Shown here: piece after piece, positions 16,788 through 24,176 of the stretch
How positions within the stretch are numbered: the first letter of the stretch is position 1
How the letters are laid out: each line of letters begins with the position of its first letter
Assembly (NCBI GenBank): GCA_026993645.1
Contig: JALWSQ010000229.1
Location: 1 to 42,202 of the forward strand
Source of the DNA: Thiohalobacter sp.
Lineage (GTDB): Bacteria > Pseudomonadota > Gammaproteobacteria > Thiohalobacterales > Thiohalobacteraceae
Reading direction: 5' to 3'
Length of the DNA: 42,202 nucleotides
The notes under the pieces: model-generated
What the model was told of the DNA's origin: nothing
Database searches by the model: none
The model's input: only the letters and a program-made list of their open reading frames with translations
Program-made: the position numbers and the translations under genes

Positions 16788-17243
16788 ATGAGCATGGTAC
16801 GTTACGAACCCTGGAGCCTGCTGAACCAGCTCCAACGCGAGATCGACCAGATCTTCAATGCCCCCGCGGCCCGCAAGCCGGGCAACGGCGACGGCTCCAA
16901 CGTGACTGCGGCCGACTGGGTACCGGCGGTGGACATCCGCGAGGAGCCCGACCGCTTCGTCATCCATGCCGATGTGCCCGGTGTCGCGCCCGAGGACATC
17001 GAGGTGAACATGGAGAACGGCGTCCTCACCATCCGCGGCGAACGCAAGGACGACAGCGAGGAGGAAAAGGAAGGCTACAAGCGCATCGAGCGGGTGCGCG
17101 GCACCTTCTTCCGCCGCTTCAGCCTGCCGGACACCGCCGATGCCGAGCAGATCAGCGCCAAGGCCCGCAACGGGGTACTGGAGGTGGTCATCCCCAAGCA
17201 GGCGCAGGTCCAGCCCCGACGCATCCGGGTGGAGGGGGAATAA
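16788..17243 (+). CDS. Hsp20/alpha-crystallin family small heat-shock protein (IbpA-like)
   Basis: AGGAGAGAG RBS. Alpha-crystallin domain: WVPAVDIREEPDRFVIHADVPGV..EDIEV....GVLTIRGER...ERVRGTFFRRFSLP...NGVLEVVIPK. Confidence 0.93.
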   Translation: MSMVRYEPWSLLNQLQREIDQIFNAPAARKPGNGDGSNVTAADWVPAVDIREEPDRFVIHADVPGVAPEDIEVNMENGVLTIRGERKDDSEEEKEGYKRIERVRGTFFRRFSLPDTADAEQISAKARNGVLEVVIPKQAQVQPRRIRVEGE

Positions 17244-17302
17244 GGCGCGGGGCCGGCCCCCGTCCCCACCCCGGCCTGCGCCGGTTCTGAACGGGAGACG
17301 AC

Positions 17303-18283
17303 ATGGAATTCAAGGACTACTACCAGATCCTGGGCGTTTCCCGTGACGCCACCCAGGATGAGATCAAGCGGGCCTACCGCAAGCTGGCCCGCAGGTATCA
17401 TCCGGACGTCAGCAAGGAACAGGACGCCGAGACCCGGTTCAAGGAGGTCAACGAGGCCTACGAGGTCCTCAAGGATCCGGAGAAAAGGGCCGCCTACGAC
17501 CAGCTCGGCGCCCAGTGGCGGGCGGGGCAGGAATTCCGGCCACCACCGGACTGGGATGCCGGCTTCGAATTCACCGGTGGAGATTTCACCGGTGCCGACG
17601 CCAGCCGGTTCAGTGACTTCTTCGAATCCCTGTTCGGCCGGGGCAGCCCCTTCACCCACACCGGAACCGGCCGCCGCGGGCACCGGATGCGCATGCGCGG
17701 GGAGGATCACCATGCCAAGATCCTCATCCGCCTGGAGGACGCCTACCACGGCGGCCAGCGCAGTATCAGCCTGCGCCACCCCGAGCTGGACCAGCGCGGG
17801 GCGGTGGTCTACCGCCAGCGCAACCTGAACGTGCAGATCCCCAAGGGCATCACCGCCGGCCAGCAGATCCGGCTGGCCGGCCAGGGCGGGGCCGGCGTCA
17901 ACGGTGGACCCAATGGCGACCTCTACCTGGAGGTGGAGTTCGAGGCCCACCCCCTGTTCACGGTGGACGGGCGCGACGTCACCCTGTCGTTGCCCGTCAC
18001 GCCCTGGGAGGCCGCCCTCGGGGCCCGGATCGAGGTGCCGACCCTGGGTGGACCGGTGGATCTCAAGATCCCGCCCGGTTCCCAGACCGACCGCAAGCTG
18101 CGCCTGCGCGGCCGCGGCCTGCCCGGGCGTGGGCGCCAGGCGGCGGGCGACCAGTACGTGGTGATCAAGATCATGACGCCACCCGCCCGCAGCGAAACGG
18201 CGCGCAGCCTGTATCAGCGCATGGCGCGGGAACTGGCCTGGAATCCACGGCAACGACTGGAGCAGTACAGTGGTGCAGCCTGA
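17303..18283 (+). CDS. cbpA: Curved-DNA-binding protein CbpA (DnaJ-class co-chaperone without zinc finger)
   Basis: J-domain DYYQILGVSRDATQDEIKRAYRKLARRYHPDV, a Gly/Phe-like region, and C-terminal DnaJ_C repeats (GEDHHAKILIRLEDAYHGG...GDLYLEVEFEAHPLF). No CxxCxGxG zinc finger is present. Confidence 0.9.
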   Translation: MEFKDYYQILGVSRDATQDEIKRAYRKLARRYHPDVSKEQDAETRFKEVNEAYEVLKDPEKRAAYDQLGAQWRAGQEFRPPPDWDAGFEFTGGDFTGADASRFSDFFESLFGRGSPFTHTGTGRRGHRMRMRGEDHHAKILIRLEDAYHGGQRSISLRHPELDQRGAVVYRQRNLNVQIPKGITAGQQIRLAGQGGAGVNGGPNGDLYLEVEFEAHPLFTVDGRDVTLSLPVTPWEAALGARIEVPTLGGPVDLKIPPGSQTDRKLRLRGRGLPGRGRQAAGDQYVVIKIMTPPARSETARSLYQRMARELAWNPRQRLEQYSGAA

Positions 18284-18617
18284 GACCCATCCCCTGCAGG
18301 GCATCCTGCTCGACGAGGCCTGCGAGTTCAGCCTGCGCGAGCTGGCCACCGCCTGCGACACCAGTGCCGAGATCCTCATCGCCATGGTCGAGGAAGGCCT
18401 GCTGGAACCGCGGGGGGTGGATCCGCGCCGCTGGCGGTTCCCGGCCGAGGCCCTGGTGCGGGCCCGCACCGCCCTGCATCTGCAGCGGGACCTGGGCGTG
18501 AATCTCGCCGGGGCTGCCCTGGCGGTGGACCTGCTGGAGGAGATCCGCCGCCTGCGACGGCGCCTGCAGGTGCTGCAGACCGCCCTGGAGCACCATGTCA
18601 GCGAGCTCAAGTGGTGA
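18270..18617 (+). CDS. cbpM: Chaperone-modulatory protein CbpM (MerR-like)
   Basis: Lies immediately after cbpA and overlaps it by 14 nt (GTG start). FSLRELATACDTSAEILIAMVEEGLLEP...RARTALHLQRDLGVNLAGAALAVDLLEEIRRLR follows the CbpM pattern. Confidence 0.8.
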   Translation: MVQPETHPLQGILLDEACEFSLRELATACDTSAEILIAMVEEGLLEPRGVDPRRWRFPAEALVRARTALHLQRDLGVNLAGAALAVDLLEEIRRLRRRLQVLQTALEHHVSELKW

Positions 18618-21600
18618 GGCGGCGGTAGATATCGGAAACCTTGAGCGGCAGCTTGCGCACCTCGTCCACCAGGGTATAGCCCACCGCCCCGTACATGTGC
18701 GGCAGGTAGTCACGGGCCTCGGTGTCGATGGTGATGCAATAGGGATGGATGCCCTGCTGCTTGATCTCGATCAGGGCCTTGCGGGTGTCCTCGATGCCGT
18801 ATTCGCCGCGGTAGCTGTCGTAGTCGTCGGGCTTGCCGTCGGACAGGGTGATCAGCAAGCGGGTGCGCGCCTCGATCTTCGCCAGCATTCCACCCAGGTG
18901 GCGGATGGCCACTCCCATGCGGGTGTAGTCGCGGGGCTCGATGCCGCTGATGCGGGCCCGCACCGCCTCGTCGTAGGGTTCGTCGAAGCGCTTGACCCGG
19001 TAGACCTCGCAGCGCTTGCGGGTCATGCCGGAGAAACCATAGATGGCATAGCGGTCGCCCAGGGTCTCCAGTGATTCGCTGAGCAGCAGCAGGGCCTCGC
19101 GCTCGGCGTCGTTGATCCAGCCCTTGGTGGAACCGCTCATGTCCACCATGAACATCACCGCGATGTCGCGCTCCACCTTGCGCATGCGGGTGAACAGGCG
19201 GTCGGTCATCTCCATGCCGGCACAGACGTCTGCGTGGGCCTCGACCAGGGCGTCGATGTCGATGTCGTCGCCGTGGGGTTGCTTCTTCAGCAGCCGTTCC
19301 TCGCCGCGCAAGGCCTCGAACACCCGCCGCAGGCTCTTCACCAGACCGCTGTAGCGGGCCAGGGTCCGCTGGGCGAAATCGTCGTGGCGCGGTGTCACCT
19401 CCAGCTCGCGCAGGACCGTCCAGTTCTTGCGGTAGTGCTGGCGCTCGTAGTCCCACTCGTTGTAGTGGAAGGCACCCTCCTCGTGGTAGGTGCCCTGCCA
19501 TACGCTGGTGGCATCCTGGGCCTCGCCCGCCGGCACCCCGGCGTAATAGGCACCGGGCCCGGCCGCCTGCAGGTAGTCCTCGGGGATCTGCCCCAGGTCC
19601 TGGAGTATGGACATCATGGTCCCGCGCACATCGTCGGGCGGGGCCAGGGGCTTGCCGTCCAGGGTGATCTCATAGGCCACGCCGTCCGGGGCCTCGGCAT
19701 CCGCCACCTCGCGCAATCCCAGGCGCTGCGCCATGGACCGGGCCTCGTCGGGGTCGTCCCCGGCCTGGCCATCGCGCGCCGCGGACTCCAGCCGTGCCAG
19801 GTTGTCCTGCCAGCGCAGCAGGGCCACGCGAAACGCCTGGCGGTCCCGTTCCAGCCGGGCCGTGCGTGCCCGGGCCACCGCGTCCGGCTGGATGGTCCCC
19901 ATGTAGCAGAGGGGCGGGGGCAATGGCGCTGCCGCCAGCCGCTCCAGCCAGCGCAGGCTGTCACCGACCCCGGCCCCCGGCCGGGCCAGCGCCCGGGCCG
20001 CCGCCTGCCAGGCCTCCGGCAACGCGGCCGGGCCGTCGAGCCGTGCCGCCAGATCGGCCATGCGGCGGGCCTCGCCGGGCAGGGTACGCGCGATGCAGGC
20101 CGCCAGGCGCAGTTGCTCCAGGCGGTGGAAGCGGGCCAGCCGGTCCCGGTCCGCCCCCTCCAGCACCGCCAGGGCCTCCGCCCGCCAGGTGCCGAACCAG
20201 GTCTGGGCCCACTGGTGGACCACCATGGCGCGGTAGAGGGCGAAATTGTCGGCCCGCTCGGAACAGCGGTTGACGACCGGGGGCAGGAACAGGCTGTCGG
20301 TGTCCGTATAGGGTACCTCGGCGGCCTCCACCCGCAGCCGCCGCCCGTTCAGCCCCTGGACGAAGGCCTCCAGCACCGGGGCCGTGTCGGCCAGGGCCAC
20401 CGCCTGGCCCCCGGTGTGCACGAACTCGGCAAAATGGCCGACCTCGCGCAGGGCGGCGATGCCGGCATGGAGCCCCCGGGTGTCGAAGGCATCCATGGCA
20501 TGGATGAGCCAGGCCTCGACCCCGTCCAGGTCCATGCGCTCCAGCGCCTCGGCGGCGAAGGCGGCGAACTGGTAGGCCATCTCGGAATTGGTGTGGGCGG
20601 TGACCTCGACCCAGTGCAGGATGAAATCCTGCTGCTCGCGGGCGAACTCCGCCAGCCGGCGAGCCGGACCCGCCGCCGTGCGGCGCGAGGACAGCACTGC
20701 GTCCAGGGGCACGTCCAGGCGGGCCTCGATCTGTTCCGCCGTCAGGGGCACCTGGCGCGCGTCACCCAGCAGGCGGTCGGCGGACTCGTCGTACCAGCGC
20801 GCGGCCACCCCCGCGGCCAGGCGCCGGCCGTCGGCCGTCTCCAGCCCCACCTGCAACGCCTCCACCTTGCGTCCGGGCAGGGCATCCCGCAGCAGCTGCG
20901 CCAGGCTGGATTCACTCCAGGAACCGGGGCGGATGGCCAGCCAGATGCCCCGGCACTGGTCGCTGACCAGCTGTGGCAGCCGCTTGGCCAGCTTGGCCAG
21001 GTCCACGGCGATGTCCCAGGAACGGTGATGCGGACCGCGACCGATGAAGGGCGGGGTGACCACCACCAGGTCGAACCGCTGCCGGGCGCGGATGGCCGCC
21101 TCCACGTAGGCCAGCCCGTCCTCCTGGACGAACTCGACGTTGTCCCGGCCGACGTTGGCGGCGGCCCGGTCAAGCACGTCCGCGTCCGCGTCCACGTGTA
21201 CCACCGTCGCCCCGGCGTTCAGGGCGCAGGCGGTCACCAGGCCCTCGCCGGCGAACAGGTGCAGGACCCGGATCTCGTCCATGTGATAACAGCCCGCCAG
21301 CCGTTCCTGCGCCCAGCGACCGCAGAGCAGCTGCTCCGGCTTGAGCCCGATGCGCCCGTCCGCATCCAGCCGGCAGTGGAAGGGAATCCCGTCCAGCGCG
21401 AACACCCAGTGGCCGGGCAGGCCCTGGCGCCGCGGTGCCCAGTGCCCGCCCTCCACGCCTTCCTGGACGTAGGTCCAGTCGGCATCCCAGTGCCGCAGCC
21501 GCCGTGCCCCCTCGGCCCAGCGCCAGGGTCGTTCCACCACGAAGGAACCGAACCGCTCCAGGCAGCGACCGCGGCCGAAGTCGAGCAGCTCGTACTCGTC

Positions 21601-21636
21601 GGCGGGGGTCTGCAGGAAGAGGGGCTGGCTGTCCAT
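18607..21636 (-). CDS. CbbO/NorD-type VWA protein with in-frame N-terminal SAM-methyltransferase-like module (1009 aa)
   Basis: aa 1-285 resemble a small class I MTase (YELLDFGRGRCLERFG, VLHLFAGEGLVTACALNAGATVVHVDA, DLVVVTPPFIGRG). aa 300 onward resemble CbbO (SSRRTA..., QQDFILHWVEV, NSEMAYQF). The C-terminal VWA has MIDAS VDMSGST (nt 18610-19170). There is no stop between the modules. Confidence 0.8.
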   Translation of the reverse strand: MDSQPLFLQTPADEYELLDFGRGRCLERFGSFVVERPWRWAEGARRLRHWDADWTYVQEGVEGGHWAPRRQGLPGHWVFALDGIPFHCRLDADGRIGLKPEQLLCGRWAQERLAGCYHMDEIRVLHLFAGEGLVTACALNAGATVVHVDADADVLDRAAANVGRDNVEFVQEDGLAYVEAAIRARQRFDLVVVTPPFIGRGPHHRSWDIAVDLAKLAKRLPQLVSDQCRGIWLAIRPGSWSESSLAQLLRDALPGRKVEALQVGLETADGRRLAAGVAARWYDESADRLLGDARQVPLTAEQIEARLDVPLDAVLSSRRTAAGPARRLAEFAREQQDFILHWVEVTAHTNSEMAYQFAAFAAEALERMDLDGVEAWLIHAMDAFDTRGLHAGIAALREVGHFAEFVHTGGQAVALADTAPVLEAFVQGLNGRRLRVEAAEVPYTDTDSLFLPPVVNRCSERADNFALYRAMVVHQWAQTWFGTWRAEALAVLEGADRDRLARFHRLEQLRLAACIARTLPGEARRMADLAARLDGPAALPEAWQAAARALARPGAGVGDSLRWLERLAAAPLPPPLCYMGTIQPDAVARARTARLERDRQAFRVALLRWQDNLARLESAARDGQAGDDPDEARSMAQRLGLREVADAEAPDGVAYEITLDGKPLAPPDDVRGTMMSILQDLGQIPEDYLQAAGPGAYYAGVPAGEAQDATSVWQGTYHEEGAFHYNEWDYERQHYRKNWTVLRELEVTPRHDDFAQRTLARYSGLVKSLRRVFEALRGEERLLKKQPHGDDIDIDALVEAHADVCAGMEMTDRLFTRMRKVERDIAVMFMVDMSGSTKGWINDAEREALLLLSESLETLGDRYAIYGFSGMTRKRCEVYRVKRFDEPYDEAVRARISGIEPRDYTRMGVAIRHLGGMLAKIEARTRLLITLSDGKPDDYDSYRGEYGIEDTRKALIEIKQQGIHPYCITIDTEARDYLPHMYGAVGYTLVDEVRKLPLKVSDIYRRLTT

Positions 21637-21668
21637 GGGGATTTCGCGCCGCGTGGCGCCGCGGGGGC

Positions 21669-22481
21669 TCAGAACAGGGAGGCGCTCAGCTCGTTCACCG
21701 CCACCAGCATCTCCGGGTCGTCGGTGAGGGCCTGGGCGATGGCGTTGCGGCAGGCGATCACCGGCTCCACCCCGGAGACCATGAGCTTGGCGGCGTGCAC
21801 CAGCAGGCGGGTGCTGGCCCCCTCGTCCAGGCCGCTGCCCTTGAGGTTGCGCGTCATCTGGGCGAAGCGAACCAGCTGAGCGGCGGTGTCGGCATCCACG
21901 CCGCTCTCGGTGGCGACGATGCGCGCCTCCAGCTCCGGGGCCGGGTAGTCGAAGGCCAGGGCGACGAAACGTTGACGGGTGCTCTGCTTGAGATCCTTGA
22001 GCACGCTCTGGTAACCGGGATTGTAGGAGATGGCCAGGCAGAATTCGGGGGGGGCCTGGAGGATTTCCCCCAGCTTTTCCATGGGCAGCACCCGCCGGTC
22101 GTCGGCCAGGGGATGGATGACCACGGTGGTGTCCTTGCGCGCCTCCACGATCTCGTCGAGGTAGCAGATGGCGCCGCTGCGCACCGCCCGCGCCAGGGGG
22201 CCGTCCACCCACCGGGTCTCGCCGCCGGTGACCAGGAACCGCCCCACCAGGTCCGAGGCGGTCAGGTCGTCGTGGCAGGAGACCGTGATCAGCGGCCGGC
22301 CCAGGCGCCAGGCCATGTGTTCCATGAACCGGGTCTTGCCGCAGCCGGTCGGCCCCTTGAGCAGGCAGGGCAGCCCGTTGCGGAACGCCGCCTCGAACAC
22401 GGCGATCTCGTTGCCCTGCGGCTCGTAGTAGGGCTCCTCGGTGATGAAATACTCTTCCGGCTTGAGTGCGTGCGCCTTCAC
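21669..22481 (-). CDS. CbbQ/NorQ/NirQ-family MoxR-type AAA+ ATPase
   Basis: [46 protein letters not shown] (Walker A), Walker [11 protein letters not shown], and a CbbQ-like C-terminus. I chose GTG 22481 (GGGGA 6 nt upstream), which gives 270 aa, the usual CbbQ length. The longer ORF-track start is rejected. Confidence 0.9.
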   Translation of the reverse strand: MKAHALKPEEYFITEEPYYEPQGNEIAVFEAAFRNGLPCLLKGPTGCGKTRFMEHMAWRLGRPLITVSCHDDLTASDLVGRFLVTGGETRWVDGPLARAVRSGAICYLDEIVEARKDTTVVIHPLADDRRVLPMEKLGEILQAPPEFCLAISYNPGYQSVLKDLKQSTRQRFVALAFDYPAPELEARIVATESGVDADTAAQLVRFAQMTRNLKGSGLDEGASTRLLVHAAKLMVSGVEPVIACRNAIAQALTDDPEMLVAVNELSASLF

Positions 22482-22560
22482 GGTCTGTCCCCTGTCCCCG
22501 TCCCGCCCAAGGTACCGCCCCCACTGCGCCGGGGCAACATGCCCCAGGGACCCTGGAGGA

Positions 22561-22589
22561 TATATATCCATTCTATTTATACATTCGAA
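22561..22589 (-). promoter_or_regulatory. Candidate sigma70 promoter for cbbQ
   Basis: The minus strand reads TTCGAA (22589-22584), a 17-nt spacer, then TATATA (22566-22561). Both hexamers lie inside perfect palindromes (TCGAAATTTCGA, GGATATATATCC). Confidence 0.35.
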
Positions 22590-22887
22590 ATTTCGATGCC
22601 ATGTACCCCGTTTGGCAGGTAGCGCCCACCGGGCCGAGCAGGTATCTTTTGCAGGCTGCGCGCGGGGCGTCCCCTGCAACGGCTGCCCCATTCGCCCGCC
22701 GGCCCGCCCGTTCACCGGGCCGGGAGACCCGCGAGAATACTTGACGAAATCGGTCAGGTCCAACGACGTCGGTCGCGCGGGCAGGCCTTGCAGCACCGGA
22801 TTGCCCGGTGGGCGCGGTGGCGGCATCCCGCCCGCACCCCCGGAACCAGGGCTTTCAGAGTCAGCATCCTAGACGGAGGACCATCTA

Positions 22888-24174
22888 ATGTCGGAGGTAA
22901 TCGCAACCAACCAGACGATCCTGGTGGTGGGCGGAGGGATCGCCGGGATGACCGCCGCACTCGAGGCAGCGGAGTGCGGCAAGCAGGTCATCCTGGTGGA
23001 GAAGAATCCCTCCGTCGGCGGCCGCGTCGGTCAGCTGTACAAGTACTTTCCCAAGCTGTGCCACCCCAAGTGCGGCCTGGAGATCAACCTGCGCCGCATG
23101 AAGGCCAACCGCAACCTGCGGCTGCTGACCATGACCGAGGTCACCGCGGTCACGGGCGAGGCCGGCAACTACCAGGTCAGCCTCCGCACCCAGCCCCGTT
23201 ACGTCACCGAGAACTGCACCGCCTGCGGCGAATGCGCCCGGGCGGTGGAGGCCGAGTTCGACAACGAGCACAACTTCGGCCTGGGCAAGCGCAAGGGGGC
23301 CTACCTGCCCTACAGCCTGGCCTATCCCATGCGCTACGTGCTGGATCCGCGCATCATCGGCACCGACGATGCCACCCGGGCCAAGGAGGCCTGCAAGTAC
23401 GACGCCATCGACCTGGACATGCAGCCCCAGGAGACCCAGATCACGGTCGGCGCCATCATCTGGGCCACCGGCTGGCGCCCCTACGATGCCGCCCGTATCC
23501 AGCCCTACGGCTACGACCGCTTCGCCAACGTCATCACCAGCGTGGAGTTCGAGCGCATGGCCGACCCCCATGGCCCCACCGGCGGCAAGCTGTTGCGGCC
23601 CTCGGACGGCAAGGAGGCCAAGAACGTGGCCTTCATCCAGTGCGCCGGCTCGCGCGACCGCAACCATCTCAAGCACTGCTCGCGCATCTGCTGCATGGCC
23701 ACGCTCAAGCAGACCACCTATCTGCGGGACAAGTACGGCGACGACTTCAAGGCGTCGGTCTACTACATCGACATCCGCGCCATCGACCGTATCGACGATT
23801 TCTACCAGAAGGTGCGGGCCGATGAGAACGTCAGTTTCATCAAATCCAAGGTGGCCAGCATCACCGAAGACCGGGAGACCGGCAATCCGGTGCTGAACGG
23901 CGTGGATACCGAGGGGTATCACCGCTACAGCAACCCCCACGACCTGGTGGTCCTGGCCATCGGCATGGAGCCCAGCGTACCGGCGGGGGAATTTCCCGTC
24001 GACGTGGTCCTGAACGAGGAGGGCTTCGTCCAGCAGGACGAGGCCAACGGCGCCTTCTTCGCCGCCGGCTGCTCGTCGGACGCGCTGGACGTGAACCGGG
24101 CGGTGCAGAACGCCACCGCCAGCGCGCTGCGTGCCATTCAGGTTGTTAACCGGGTTGCCGGAACGGAGGTCTGA
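22888..24174 (+). CDS. qmoA: QmoA-like HdrA-family flavoprotein
   Basis: GGAGGA RBS. FAD fold ILVVGGGIAGMTAALEAAECG. The HdrA/Qmo-type motif FPKLCHPKCGLEIN is present, and there are no ferredoxin Cys clusters. qmoB follows directly. Confidence 0.85.
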   Translation: MSEVIATNQTILVVGGGIAGMTAALEAAECGKQVILVEKNPSVGGRVGQLYKYFPKLCHPKCGLEINLRRMKANRNLRLLTMTEVTAVTGEAGNYQVSLRTQPRYVTENCTACGECARAVEAEFDNEHNFGLGKRKGAYLPYSLAYPMRYVLDPRIIGTDDATRAKEACKYDAIDLDMQPQETQITVGAIIWATGWRPYDAARIQPYGYDRFANVITSVEFERMADPHGPTGGKLLRPSDGKEAKNVAFIQCAGSRDRNHLKHCSRICCMATLKQTTYLRDKYGDDFKASVYYIDIRAIDRIDDFYQKVRADENVSFIKSKVASITEDRETGNPVLNGVDTEGYHRYSNPHDLVVLAIGMEPSVPAGEFPVDVVLNEEGFVQQDEANGAFFAAGCSSDALDVNRAVQNATASALRAIQVVNRVAGTEV

Positions 24175-24176
24175 CC

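Noticed and set aside
21637-22524. N-terminal 296 aa of the 1305-aa track ORF (18607-22524), overlapping cbbQ in another frame
   Set aside because: That part translates to Arg/Gly/Pro-rich nonsense, while the overlapping frame encodes a complete CbbQ with Walker motifs. I started the gene at ATG 21636 (MDSQPLFLQ...).
22482-22571. Longer CbbQ start at ATG 22571 (MDIYPPGS...)
   Set aside because: No SD precedes it, it would add 30 non-conserved residues, and the ATG lies inside the AT-rich palindromic promoter-like patch. GTG 22481 gives the canonical length of about 270 aa.
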